Assembly: GCA_949290295.1 (NCBI GenBank)
Contig: CASERH010000001.1
Location: 507 to 64,506 of the forward strand
Direction of reading: 5' to 3'
DNA from: an uncultured Pseudomonadota bacterium
GTDB lineage: Bacteria; Pseudomonadota; Alphaproteobacteria; RF32; CAG-239
DNA length: 64,000 bases
Positions 9,407 through 18,961 of this stretch are shown here, piece after piece. The notes under the pieces were generated by a model, which worked only from the letters and a program-made list of their open reading frames with translations, was not told the DNA's origin and made no database searches. Position 1 is the stretch's first letter, and each line of letters opens with the position of its first letter. The position numbers were made by a program, and so were the translations under genes.

Positions 9407-9892
9407 ATGGAAGTTATTCTGCTCGAACATGTAGAAAAATTGGGTAAGATGGGCGAGAAAGTAAACGTTAAAAACGGTTATGCCCGCAACTACCTTTTGC
9501 CTTCTAAAAAGGCTTTGCGTGCCACAGAGGCAAACTTGGCTGTTTATGAAAAACAAAAAGCCGAGTTGGAAGCTCACAACAAAAAGCTGCGTGAGGAAGC
9601 TGACAAACTTGCAGAATCTTTGAAAGGATTTTCTGCAGTTCTGATTCGTCAAGCAGCCGAGACCGGCCAATTATATGGTTCTGTCACCATCCGTGACATT
9701 GCTGCAGCCATTAAAGAGGCTGGCTTTGGTGTAGAGCGCCGCCAGGTATTTTTGGACAAGGCCATCAAAGACTTGGGAGTTTACCAGGTAAAATTGAATC
9801 TTCATCCTGAAGTTTCTCAAACCATTTTGGTAAACGTCGCCCGTACTGATGACGAGGCCAAAAAACAGGCTAAAGCTTTTTCTGCTGAATAG
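9407..9892 (+). CDS. rplI: 50S ribosomal protein L9
   Basis: 161 aa. MEVILLEHVEKLGKMGEKVNVKNGYARNYLLP is typical L9. Confidence 0.95.
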   Translation: MEVILLEHVEKLGKMGEKVNVKNGYARNYLLPSKKALRATEANLAVYEKQKAELEAHNKKLREEADKLAESLKGFSAVLIRQAAETGQLYGSVTIRDIAAAIKEAGFGVERRQVFLDKAIKDLGVYQVKLNLHPEVSQTILVNVARTDDEAKKQAKAFSAE

Positions 9893-9907
9893 GCTTTAAA
9901 TTAGACT

Positions 9908-9939
9908 AAAAAAACCCGCTCTGAAAAGAGCGGGTTTTT
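9908..9939. terminator. Bidirectional intrinsic terminator (rplI and DUF378 gene)
   Basis: CCCGCTC-TGAAAA-GAGCGGG stem-loop with an A-run upstream and a T-run downstream. It sits between convergent genes. Confidence 0.8.
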
Positions 9940-9942
9940 ATT

Positions 9943-10161
9943 TTATTTATTGTGGCTTAAGCCTTCTCTGAAAGCATAAGACGGAACCAGCAATGTAGCC
10001 AAAGCAGACAAGCCCACCAAAATGTAGACAATACGACTCAAAATACTCATTGGACCAAACAAGAAGGCGACCAAGTCAAAGTCAAAAGCACCGACCAATC
10101 CCCAGTTAACACCACCGATAACAGTGAGAATTAAAGCCAAATTTTTCCAAAAGTTATTCAT
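9943..10161 (-). CDS. DUF378-family small membrane protein
   Basis: I place the start at the internal ATG at 10161, which has AAGGAG upstream, giving 72 aa: MNNFWKNLALILTVIGGVNWGLVGAFDFDLVAFLFG. The GG(L/V)NWGLVG...FDLV motif is typical of DUF378. The track ORF extends to 10299. Confidence 0.75.
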   Translation of the reverse strand: MNNFWKNLALILTVIGGVNWGLVGAFDFDLVAFLFGPMSILSRIVYILVGLSALATLLVPSYAFREGLSHNK

Positions 10162-10243
10162 TTTTATCTCCTTGTAAAATTTTACAATACCGTTATGATA
10201 TATGGGCGGCAAAGACAATTTCAAGCCAAGGAGAGAGGCTTTT

Positions 10244-10963
10244 ATGTATAGCGAAAAGTTCAAGACTTTTATAAAAATGTGGGCAGAAGAATTTGCCATT
10301 CAAAAAACCATAGACGAAAAAGTCTGCGAGGACAGAGACGGCAACCCCATCCCGTGGTATACCTATCCGGCAATAGAATACCTGAACCAATTTGATTATT
10401 CAGACAAAAAGGTTTTTGAATTTGGCTGTGGCAATTCCTCAAAATATTGGGCAAAAAGGGCCAAAGAAGTCATTAGCGTAGAAGATAACCCCAGTTGGTT
10501 TGCCAAATGGCAGCAAGAACTGATAGCCGCGAATCAAAAGGTTTTACTAAGAAACGAAGATGAAAGCTATGAAGGCGCCATCTTAGAAAGCCAAAAAACT
10601 TATGATGTTATCATCATTGACGGCAAACGCCGTGCCGAATGTGCTAAAACAGCTCTGCAAAGGCTATCTGCCGGAGGGCTGATTATCTTGGATGACAGCG
10701 ACCGCATTAACACCAGTTTGGAATATAAAAGAGCTGTCGCAATCTTACGTGCGGAGAACTTACTGCAAGTTGATTTTTATGGCTTCTGCCCAATGAACAA
10801 CTATACCAAAACCACCTCGTTGTTCTTCAGAAGAGACTTTAACTTCCAATCCAAATTTGAGGTCCAGCCCATAAACGGCATCGGCAATCTTTGGAGTATG
10901 AGCCGAAGGACCCGCAAAGAATTTGTGAACAAACAAAAAGAAGAGGACAAAAAAGCCGATTAA
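10244..10963 (+). CDS. Class I SAM-dependent methyltransferase-like protein
   Basis: Start placed at ATG 10244, with AAGGAGAG upstream. VFEFGCGNSSKYW is a motif-I-like glycine loop, and IIIDGKRRAECAKTALQRLSAGGLIILDD is post-I/motif-IV-like. Substrate unknown. Confidence 0.6.
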   Translation: MYSEKFKTFIKMWAEEFAIQKTIDEKVCEDRDGNPIPWYTYPAIEYLNQFDYSDKKVFEFGCGNSSKYWAKRAKEVISVEDNPSWFAKWQQELIAANQKVLLRNEDESYEGAILESQKTYDVIIIDGKRRAECAKTALQRLSAGGLIILDDSDRINTSLEYKRAVAILRAENLLQVDFYGFCPMNNYTKTTSLFFRRDFNFQSKFEVQPINGIGNLWSMSRRTRKEFVNKQKEEDKKAD

Positions 10964-11991
10964 CGCTGTGCAAGTTTTGCGGCGGCGGAAGCAATTTGCA
11001 AAATTGCATAGCTCAAAATTTCCGGTACCGGCATATTGGTTGTCTTGCAGTCTTTTTCACACTTATAAAGGAGCTCCAAAACAGAAAGAACTCTGTCTTT
11101 CGGCCAAATGGCGAGCTGACGCTTGAAAGAAGATAGGCGATAGAACATCACCCTTGGCACCAGCTTTTCAACCGCCTTATCTGGACTTTCCCCTTTTTCC
11201 ATAAACGCCAAGCAATTAAGTATCCGATAAAAATGATATGTCAAAGAGCGTGTGATGGAAACTGGTTCTTCTCCCTCGTTTAACATTTTTTGCAAGGCCG
11301 CTTGCGCTTTTTGACTGTAGCCACCGGCCGCAAAATAACAAACATCTTCTGATGAGGATGAAGATTGGTCAGCCACCACTGCCTTCACATCATCGACAGT
11401 TGCATTTTTCTTATCCCCGATATAGGTAATGAATTTCTCAAGTTCACTCAAATTTGTTTTGCGGTCATTAGACATTCTGGCACAAAACAACTGCAAAGCC
11501 TCATTGCCGATAGTAATTCCGGCCTCGATAAATTTAGCGCGCGCGGTAGAAAAAATATCTTCATCTCGGTCTTCATAACAAGCAACCGCCGCCATATCTT
11601 CTCGTTTTTCCGCCAAATTGACTAAAGAGGATTTTTTGTTAAGAGAAGCCGACGAGATAACCAATAACGTGTCTGAAGAACTGTTATCAAGCATTGCGGA
11701 CAAATGTTTGGTCAGATTATTATCGGCATCTTTGATGATAATAACTCTGCGCCCGCCCATCAAGGATTGGCTGTTATATTCAGAAATCATCAAACCGGGA
11801 TCAGAGTTGACATCGGCACCGTTAAGATAAACAACTGCAAACGGATCATACAAATCCTTAGAAACGGTGAGAATGAGTTTGCGCACGTATTCCGCCACCA
11901 AACCCTCATTGCTACCATAGACCAAAAACCCTTTAATGTTTGGCTCCGGTTTCTTGAAATATTTATCTATTTGTGCGGCCTTATAAATCAA
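10960..11991 (-). CDS. holA: DNA polymerase III subunit delta
   Basis: 343 aa. The N-terminus (FLVYGSNEGLV) is typical HolA. Conserved position downstream of lptE and leuS. Confidence 0.8.
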   Translation of the reverse strand: MIYKAAQIDKYFKKPEPNIKGFLVYGSNEGLVAEYVRKLILTVSKDLYDPFAVVYLNGADVNSDPGLMISEYNSQSLMGGRRVIIIKDADNNLTKHLSAMLDNSSSDTLLVISSASLNKKSSLVNLAEKREDMAAVACYEDRDEDIFSTARAKFIEAGITIGNEALQLFCARMSNDRKTNLSELEKFITYIGDKKNATVDDVKAVVADQSSSSSEDVCYFAAGGYSQKAQAALQKMLNEGEEPVSITRSLTYHFYRILNCLAFMEKGESPDKAVEKLVPRVMFYRLSSFKRQLAIWPKDRVLSVLELLYKCEKDCKTTNMPVPEILSYAILQIASAAAKLAQR

Positions 11992-12532
11992 GACTATTGT
12001 CCTTTTTGCCTTGCTGTGAATGGAAATAAGCCCCCAAACGTAAAGCTATATCATTAGCAAGAATTTTAGCAGCATCGGTTTCGGTTTTTTTCTGAGCCAT
12101 AGTGGTAGAATAAGGATTAGCCATAATATCATAGCTCACATAAGCAACACTATCCCCCTTGACCAAGGTTTCACTTCCCTCAAGCAGTTCATATCCCACA
12201 CGATATGTAACACGCTCACTTGTTGCGGTAATATCTTGCCGCATAGCTTGCTGAACCACATTTCGGCTAAGAAGTTTTACCTTCAGACGATATTTGGGGT
12301 TCTTAGGCGCTCCGGTCGGTGTAATCAGATCAAGCAAATTATTACGTAGTTGCTGCCCAAATCTATCAGCGATTCTCTCCACCTTAACCTGCGACATTTC
12401 GGTTGTAATTGAAGTATCCGTCTCTCCACCAAAATACCAAGAGCTTGTGGTATCGCGCTTTACATATAAGGGCTCAAAACCACAGCCGGAGAGCACTATG
12501 GCCAAAAGACAAAGCAACCATTTTCCACTCAT
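11981..12532 (-). CDS. lptE: LPS-assembly lipoprotein LptE
   Basis: 183 aa. Lipobox LSGCGFEPLY. Position between leuS and holA matches the conserved leuS-lptE-holA arrangement. Confidence 0.8.
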   Translation of the reverse strand: MSGKWLLCLLAIVLSGCGFEPLYVKRDTTSSWYFGGETDTSITTEMSQVKVERIADRFGQQLRNNLLDLITPTGAPKNPKYRLKVKLLSRNVVQQAMRQDITATSERVTYRVGYELLEGSETLVKGDSVAYVSYDIMANPYSTTMAQKKTETDAAKILANDIALRLGAYFHSQQGKKDNSLDL

Positions 12533-12569
12533 TTCCTTTCTCCTTTATGCTTTCCGACTGTTCTTTATG

Positions 12570-15023
12570 CTAGGCAACAATGTTCACGATTTTGTTAGGA
12601 ACAACAATAATCTTCTTGATTGTTTTTCCTTCCAGCTGACGCTGGACATTGCCAATGGTCAATGCGGCTTTTTCAACATCTTCCCGCGGGGCATCCTTTG
12701 GCATTTCTATGGTACCGCGAACTTTTCCGCAAATTTGCACGGCGTAAGTCACCGTCGTTTCCTCTGCCAATTTAGGATCGCCAACCGGCCAAGCCTCGGT
12801 AATAACCAACGTATCATTGCCCAAACGCGCCCACATCTCCTCTGCCAAGTGCGGTGTAAACGGAGACATCAAGCGAATAAGGGTGCTGTAAAGCTCTGCC
12901 GGCACTTTCTCAAGAGAAGACATATAGTTCACAAAAGTCATCAGTGAGGACACGGCAGTATTAAATTTCATCTGATCAATACGCTCGGTTACTTCCAAAA
13001 TGCACTTATGCATAGCGCGCAGATCGTTTGCCGTTGCCGGAATATCATAAACTTTCTTGAAGAGGTTATAGACTTTACCAACAAAGCGGTAGACACCCAT
13101 CAAACTTTCATCAGACCACATCGCCACTTGGTCAAACGGCCCGATAAACATCTCATACAAGCGGAAAGTATCAGCGCCATAAGCGTCAACAATATCATCA
13201 GGATTGATGACATTTCCGCGAGACTTTGACATTTTCTCACCGTTTTCAGCCAAAATCATGCCATGAGAAGTACGTTTTTTATAAGGCTCCTTGGTCGGCA
13301 CCAAACCACAATCATAGAGGAACTTGTGCCAAAAACGAGAATAAAGCAGGTGCAAAGTAGTATGCTCCATTCCCCCGTTATACCAATCAACCGGCATCCA
13401 ATACTCCAGAGCTTCTTTAGAGGCAAATTCCTTATCATTGTGCGGATCACAATAACGCAAGAAATACCAAGAAGACCCTGCCCAGTTTGGCATGGTATCA
13501 GTCTCTCTGCGTGCATGGCCGCCGCATCTGGGGCAGGTAGCATTGAGCCAATCACCGGCTTTAGAAAGAGGCGATTCGCCTTCATCATTGGGATGATAAT
13601 CCGGCACCGGCGGCAAAGTAAGTGGCAACTCAGATTCAGGGATCGGCTGCCAACCGCATTTTTCACAATAAACCATAGGAATAGGCTCACCCCAATAACG
13701 CTGACGAGAGAACACCCAATCACGCAATTTGAAGTTAACTTTTGCCCGCCCAAAGCCATGAGAAGTCGCATACTCAATAGCAGCCTTCATGCCGTCTTCT
13801 TTATTCATACCGTTCAAGAAACCCGAGTTGATATGGGCTCCGTCGTCTTCCCAAGCTTTTTCAGAGATATCCCCGCCTTCCAAAACTTGGATAATCGGCA
13901 AATTAAAGACTTTGGCAAAATCATAGTCTCGCTGGTCATGAGCCGGCACCGCCATAATTGCACCGGTTCCATACCCGGTCAAAACATAATCAGAGATAAA
14001 GACCGGAATCTCCTCTCCCGTAAACGGGTTAACTGCCTTAACCCCTTTAAGTTCGACACCTGTTTTTGAATCATCCATGGTTCTTTGCAGGTCAGACTTT
14101 TTAGCCGTAGCCTCAACATAAGCTTTAACCTCATCGGGGTTGGAAAACTTGCTCATATATTTCTGCACGAACTCATGTTCCGGCGCCAAAACCATATAAG
14201 TCACGCCAAAAGCAGTATCCGGACGTGTTGTAAAAACAGTTAATTTGTCATCTCCAAATTTGAAATCGAGCTCGGCACCTTCAGAACGGCCAATCCAGTT
14301 AATTTGCTGAGATTTGACTCTGTCAATAAAATCGAGCCCTTCCAAGTCATTAATAAGCCTATCGGCATACTTGGTAATAGCAATCATCCACTGCTCTTTA
14401 TCTTTGCGAACAACCTCTGCCCCGCAACGCTCACAATGTCCGTTGACAACTTCTTCATTAGCCAAGCCAACCTTACAAGACGGGCACCAGTTGATGGCGA
14501 TTTTATCTTTATAGGCCAAGCCTTTTTCAAAGAACTTAATGAACATCCATTGTGTCCATTTATAATATTCCGGAGAAGACGTATCAATGCATCTGTCCCA
14601 ATCAAAGCTAAAGCCCAAAGATTTCAGCTGCTTGGTAAAAGTTTCAATATTTTTCTTTGTAGACACGGCAGGATGCACGCCTGTTTTAATGGCATAGTTT
14701 TCAGCCGGCAGGCCAAAAGCATCAAAGCCCATCGGGTAGAGCACATTAAATCCCTGCATTCTCTTTTTGCGAGCGATAACATCCAACGCGGTATAAGAAC
14801 GCGGATGCCCCACATGCAGCCCTGCACCGGAAGGGTACGGAAATTCGACCAAGGCATAAAACTTTGGTTTGCTCTTGTCTATCTCAACATGGTAGGCTTT
14901 TTCATCATCCCAGATTCCCTGCCATTTTTTTTCTATTTTTTTGAAGTTATAACGATCTTCCAAAGGCCACTCTTTTTGCCACTCTGCAAAGCTCTCTTTG
15001 CCGTCAAATCTTTTATTGTTCAT
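12570..15023 (-). CDS. leuS: Leucine--tRNA ligase
   Basis: 817 aa. HVGH (HIGH) motif, KMSKS motif, and CP1 editing-domain pattern. Confidence 0.97.
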   Translation of the reverse strand: MNNKRFDGKESFAEWQKEWPLEDRYNFKKIEKKWQGIWDDEKAYHVEIDKSKPKFYALVEFPYPSGAGLHVGHPRSYTALDVIARKKRMQGFNVLYPMGFDAFGLPAENYAIKTGVHPAVSTKKNIETFTKQLKSLGFSFDWDRCIDTSSPEYYKWTQWMFIKFFEKGLAYKDKIAINWCPSCKVGLANEEVVNGHCERCGAEVVRKDKEQWMIAITKYADRLINDLEGLDFIDRVKSQQINWIGRSEGAELDFKFGDDKLTVFTTRPDTAFGVTYMVLAPEHEFVQKYMSKFSNPDEVKAYVEATAKKSDLQRTMDDSKTGVELKGVKAVNPFTGEEIPVFISDYVLTGYGTGAIMAVPAHDQRDYDFAKVFNLPIIQVLEGGDISEKAWEDDGAHINSGFLNGMNKEDGMKAAIEYATSHGFGRAKVNFKLRDWVFSRQRYWGEPIPMVYCEKCGWQPIPESELPLTLPPVPDYHPNDEGESPLSKAGDWLNATCPRCGGHARRETDTMPNWAGSSWYFLRYCDPHNDKEFASKEALEYWMPVDWYNGGMEHTTLHLLYSRFWHKFLYDCGLVPTKEPYKKRTSHGMILAENGEKMSKSRGNVINPDDIVDAYGADTFRLYEMFIGPFDQVAMWSDESLMGVYRFVGKVYNLFKKVYDIPATANDLRAMHKCILEVTERIDQMKFNTAVSSLMTFVNYMSSLEKVPAELYSTLIRLMSPFTPHLAEEMWARLGNDTLVITEAWPVGDPKLAEETTVTYAVQICGKVRGTIEMPKDAPREDVEKAALTIGNVQRQLEGKTIKKIIVVPNKIVNIVA

Positions 15024-15043
15024 TGTTTATTATCCCAGAAATT

Positions 15044-15478
15044 TTATTTTAAGTTCAAACTTTTTCGATATAAAACTCGTGCTTGTTTCAAAATTGCATC
15101 TTCCACCTTTCGGTCAAGCTCCAAATTATCAGGCTCCGCCACCCACTCTTGCCCGTTCCACAATCGTTTATTGACTTTGGCAACCAAACAATCACTACGC
15201 AACTTTTCACTCAAGACCTTAATCTCAAGTTGGTACTCAACTCCGGACACACCTTCGACCAAAGTCCACCCGGTTGTAATGGTTCCCGATTCTTTATCTT
15301 CGGAAATTTCCTTCATAAAAGCAACTTTATCTCTGGCAGCTTGCCACAAAAACTTATTTGGCTCAAAAGTTGTTTTTACCTCTTCTTTTACCTCCGGCTC
15401 GCCCCACCAATTAAAAGGGTTCATCCATGCACAGCCCGAAAGCAAAAAGGCGAGGAGCAAAACGGTATATTTTTTCAT
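15044..15478 (-). CDS. Small lipoprotein (DUF3576-like) upstream of leuS
   Basis: 144 aa. Lipobox LLSGCAW. Size and position upstream of leuS fit the DUF3576 lipoproteins seen in Alphaproteobacteria. Family recalled from memory, not searched. Confidence 0.5.
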   Translation of the reverse strand: MKKYTVLLLAFLLSGCAWMNPFNWWGEPEVKEEVKTTFEPNKFLWQAARDKVAFMKEISEDKESGTITTGWTLVEGVSGVEYQLEIKVLSEKLRSDCLVAKVNKRLWNGQEWVAEPDNLELDRKVEDAILKQARVLYRKSLNLK

Positions 15479-15629
15479 TATCCATCTCTTCAGAGTGTTA
15501 TTTCACAAACTTTTTCTCAAAAGTAACGTAGTTTAAGTTATTTGACAAGAGTCTATTTTTCTCTCTTGTAATTATCGCCAGATAAAATAAAATAAGGCAG
15601 ATTTCAAAACCACAAAAGGCAAAGAACAA

Positions 15630-16892
15630 ATGTCTGACATACGTTTGCAAGCAACAATCATGCTCCAAGAGATCCTGGAAAAGAGGACTTTTGCTCAAGA
15701 TGTAAAAACGCACCTCGATTCGGCGTTGGGAACAGACACGGCTTTTGCCAATATGCTCTTGCAAACATCACTGCGGCATTTGGTTTATATCAAGAAGATT
15801 CTCAAAAATTTCATCAAAAAGAAATTACCGGCCTCATCACAAATGGCATATTATGCGCTTATTTTGGGCGCAACGGAGGCTTTGTACCTCAACACACCGG
15901 ACTATGCCGTTATCAACAGTTATGTTGAAATTGTCAAAAAACGTCTGGATAAATATGTTGCAGGCTTTGTTAATGCGGTTTTAAGAAAAGTTTGCGCAGG
16001 CAAAGAAGAATTCAAGGCTCAAGACCAGGGCATGTTTTTTCCCAACGATTTCAGAGGGCTGTTAAATAAAGATTATGGCAAGAAGCAAACGCTTGCCATT
16101 GAAAAAGCAGCCCTGGAAGAGCCTCTGCTTGACATCACGCTTAAAGAACCCTGCACAATAAAAGGAGCGCAAGTGTTGCCGCTTGGCACTCTACGCCTCA
16201 AGAACTCAGGCTCCATAACAAAAATAAACGGATACAAAAAAGGACTTTGGTGGGTTCAAGACTTTTCATCGGCCCTCCCGGTTAAACTGCTGAAAGATAT
16301 TAAAGGTAAAAAAGTTTTAGACCTTTGCGCGGCTCCGGGTGGTAAAACGGCACAACTTCTTACCGCCGGAGCAAAAGTTACGGCCGTTGACATATCTGCC
16401 TCTCGCCTAAAAAAGCTTGAGGAAAACTTAAGCCGCTTAAATTTAAGAGCAGATAACATTATTTGTGAAGATGCTCTGCGCTTCTTGCAAGATTTCTATG
16501 GCGACCCTTTTGATATTATTTTGCTGGATGCTCCGTGCTCTGCCACCGGCACTTTGCGCCGCCATCCGGAGCTCGTGCACATCAAAAGCGCCGCCGACGT
16601 TGAAAAAATGGCAAATTTACAAAAACAACTGCTTAATTTGACCGGACGAGCCTTAAAAAAAGAAGGTATTTTGGTTTATTGCACCTGCTCCCTTTGCAAA
16701 AAAGAAGGAGAAGAGCAAATAGCATCTTTCCTACAAGATAGAAAGGAATTCAAAACCGTTCCGGCGGCCCTTCCGCCGGAGCTTGCAGAGTTGCAAACAC
16801 CTGAAGGCTGGATCAGAATTTTGCCGTCCTCGCTACCGCAATACAAAGGAGCCGATGGATTTTTTATAGCTTTACTAAAGAAGGAAAACTGA
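15630..16892 (+). CDS. rsmB: 16S rRNA (cytosine-C5)-methyltransferase RsmB/Sun
   Basis: 420 aa. N-terminal NusB-like region. VLDLCAAPGGKT is the SAM motif, DAPCSATGTLRRHPE is motif IV with the catalytic Cys, and YCTCSL is motif VI. Confidence 0.9.
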   Translation: MSDIRLQATIMLQEILEKRTFAQDVKTHLDSALGTDTAFANMLLQTSLRHLVYIKKILKNFIKKKLPASSQMAYYALILGATEALYLNTPDYAVINSYVEIVKKRLDKYVAGFVNAVLRKVCAGKEEFKAQDQGMFFPNDFRGLLNKDYGKKQTLAIEKAALEEPLLDITLKEPCTIKGAQVLPLGTLRLKNSGSITKINGYKKGLWWVQDFSSALPVKLLKDIKGKKVLDLCAAPGGKTAQLLTAGAKVTAVDISASRLKKLEENLSRLNLRADNIICEDALRFLQDFYGDPFDIILLDAPCSATGTLRRHPELVHIKSAADVEKMANLQKQLLNLTGRALKKEGILVYCTCSLCKKEGEEQIASFLQDRKEFKTVPAALPPELAELQTPEGWIRILPSSLPQYKGADGFFIALLKKEN

Positions 16893-17815
16893 TGCTTTTT
16901 GCCAAACCGGAAAACACTCAAAACACAAACCCTCAAAACATCTGCATTTTAGGGACCTCCGCGCTCAGCTTTTATCTCGCCGCCGAGTTGCAAAAAATCG
17001 GCCACAAAATAACAATTCTCTGCCCGCCTAAAGAAGCAGACGAATTTGCCGCCACTGATTTTATCATCAAAAACGAACAAAAACTACAAAGTCATCGCCA
17101 TAATTTTCATTACACATTTGAACTAAACTTCACGCCTGATTTACTTTTGATTGCATCCGGCATGGTAGACCTTCGCCGTGATTTGCTTTTGCTTTCTCCG
17201 CACTATTTAGCAGAAACACCCATTATATCCCTCACCCCGACAGAACCCAATTCGCTAATAAGCGATATTTTAGGTAAAGTTATTATTAATGGCTATTTCA
17301 ACGGTTGGCTGACTCGAGAAAAGAATCACGTTATCAATTTTTCTCGTCGTCCCAATATAACCTTCAGTCTTGAAGAGCTATCCCCACGGGCAATACTTCT
17401 GCAAGATATTTTTAACAACACGGAAATAGAAACAATATTTCGAAGCAATAATGCCGCTAACTTTTGGCACTGGTTTGCCCCGCGCATTACCGCCGCTTTA
17501 CTGGACTTGCCATCTGGCAAAAGCATTTACGCCTTAGGAAAAACCAAAGAAGGTCGTGGCATTATAGACAAATGCATTGAAGAGCTAATAAATTTGGCAA
17601 CCATAGACAATATAAAAATAGAAGGAACCGATATATTATCGCAAATATACGCCATTCCGGAAAACTACACCCCTCTTTTGCAAAGGCTCCCCAAGGCTGG
17701 CAGCATTTTACTTCTTGAAAGACTTGAGGCTCTTTTATTCCACGGAACAAATGCGGCAGATCCACGTTTTCAACGCTTAAAAAATCTGATAAAAAAGATA
17801 CGCAACAAACTTTAG
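16892..17815 (+). CDS. Ketopantoate-reductase (PanE/ApbA)-fold protein with a degenerate dinucleotide-binding loop
   Basis: 307 aa. The N-terminus NICILGTSALSFYLAAELQKIGHKITIL aligns by eye to the ApbA Rossmann start I-x-I-x-G-x-G-x-x-G...G-H-x-V-T-L, but the glycine loop reads GTSALS. The start overlaps the rsmB stop (ATGA). Confidence 0.45.
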   Translation: MLFAKPENTQNTNPQNICILGTSALSFYLAAELQKIGHKITILCPPKEADEFAATDFIIKNEQKLQSHRHNFHYTFELNFTPDLLLIASGMVDLRRDLLLLSPHYLAETPIISLTPTEPNSLISDILGKVIINGYFNGWLTREKNHVINFSRRPNITFSLEELSPRAILLQDIFNNTEIETIFRSNNAANFWHWFAPRITAALLDLPSGKSIYALGKTKEGRGIIDKCIEELINLATIDNIKIEGTDILSQIYAIPENYTPLLQRLPKAGSILLLERLEALLFHGTNAADPRFQRLKNLIKKIRNKL

Positions 17816-17898
17816 TATAACCTTTTAATCTTGCTTGAAGAAACCACTCAAGAAGATTATACTTCTTTTTAGTTTGGAATAGCTCAAAGGAGCAAAAG

Positions 17899-18954
17899 AT
17901 GAGTTTGGAAAATATTTTTTTGCTGTTCGGTGTTTTGTTTTGCCTTTTAATCGGGTTCATAGGCTTTAGCATTCTAAGCCGCCGCGCGCTTCAAATTCCC
18001 CTCTCCGCAATAATCATATATGGTCTTACTTTTGTTGTTAGTTTAGCCTTTGTTATTTTCAACTGGGATGACAATGATTTTATTTCTCAAGCCTCCGCCT
18101 TTTCTTTTTTAGCGCCGTTACTTGCGGTTTTGCCCACAATCGGGCTTATATTCTTTCCGCTCAAGCTTATTTTTAGGTGGTTGTTTTTCTTTTGCTTGGC
18201 AAGCCTTGTTTTAATATGCTTTAATATTGAGGCAATATTATTTTCAAACCTTCCGCTTTGGGCCAACCAAATCATTGTTGCTTTTCTATGGTCGATCATT
18301 GCTGCTGGATTGAGAGTATTAAACGGCGAACCTGTTTTAGTTGTTTCAGAAGTTCTTTGCACCGGGCTTGGAATTTTTATTCTCTCGTTGATTGGTGCGG
18401 CTCCCTTTATTTTAGGTCTAAGCAATGCTTGTTTGTTTGCTGCCTCGTTAGCTTTTTTATTTTACAACTGGGTACCTTCGGCTCTTTCTCTCAAAGACCC
18501 TGAGGCAGATTTGTTAGGTTTTCTCATTGGGGGACAATTAGCTTGGTGTGTGGCTGAAGGCTCCGGTGCGCCGGCCATAATCTTCATTATGCTGTTTGTT
18601 TGTGAATTTCTTTTTGCGCTTGCCCAAAAACTAACCTTTTTGCCGGCATTTGCAAATATCAAACAAGACACGGCTTATGCCAAGGCAATTTCTTCAGGAT
18701 TGTCCCAAGCAACCATCGCCAGCCACTTTTTAAGAATCAACCTGCTGTTGGTTTTATTTGGTTGTTTTCAGGTTTATGCTCCCAACCAGATTTCCATACC
18801 TTTGGTCTGCGCCGCCATCACAGCATGGCAGCTTTATCGACTGGTACACTGGAGCACTCTCACTTCCGGCATAAGAGAGACCAATCAAGCCGTTGCCGCC
18901 GAGCTCAAAAAGAACTTTGCCGAGATAAAAAAACGCCTCAACAAGGATAAATAG
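17899..18954 (+). CDS. Polytopic membrane protein, a divergent MraY/WecA (glycosyltransferase family 4, polyprenyl-phosphate sugar-1-P transferase)-like protein
   Basis: 351 aa with about 10 TM segments. LFYNWVPSALSLKDPEADLLGF aligns by eye with the WecA/MraY motif FNFxPAxxFMGDxGSxxxGF, but GDxGS is replaced by KDPEA. A WDDND segment may correspond to the DD motif. NGEPVL sits where DGxDGL is expected. Confidence 0.4.
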   Translation: MSLENIFLLFGVLFCLLIGFIGFSILSRRALQIPLSAIIIYGLTFVVSLAFVIFNWDDNDFISQASAFSFLAPLLAVLPTIGLIFFPLKLIFRWLFFFCLASLVLICFNIEAILFSNLPLWANQIIVAFLWSIIAAGLRVLNGEPVLVVSEVLCTGLGIFILSLIGAAPFILGLSNACLFAASLAFLFYNWVPSALSLKDPEADLLGFLIGGQLAWCVAEGSGAPAIIFIMLFVCEFLFALAQKLTFLPAFANIKQDTAYAKAISSGLSQATIASHFLRINLLLVLFGCFQVYAPNQISIPLVCAAITAWQLYRLVHWSTLTSGIRETNQAVAAELKKNFAEIKKRLNKDK

Positions 18955-18961
18955 AACCGCA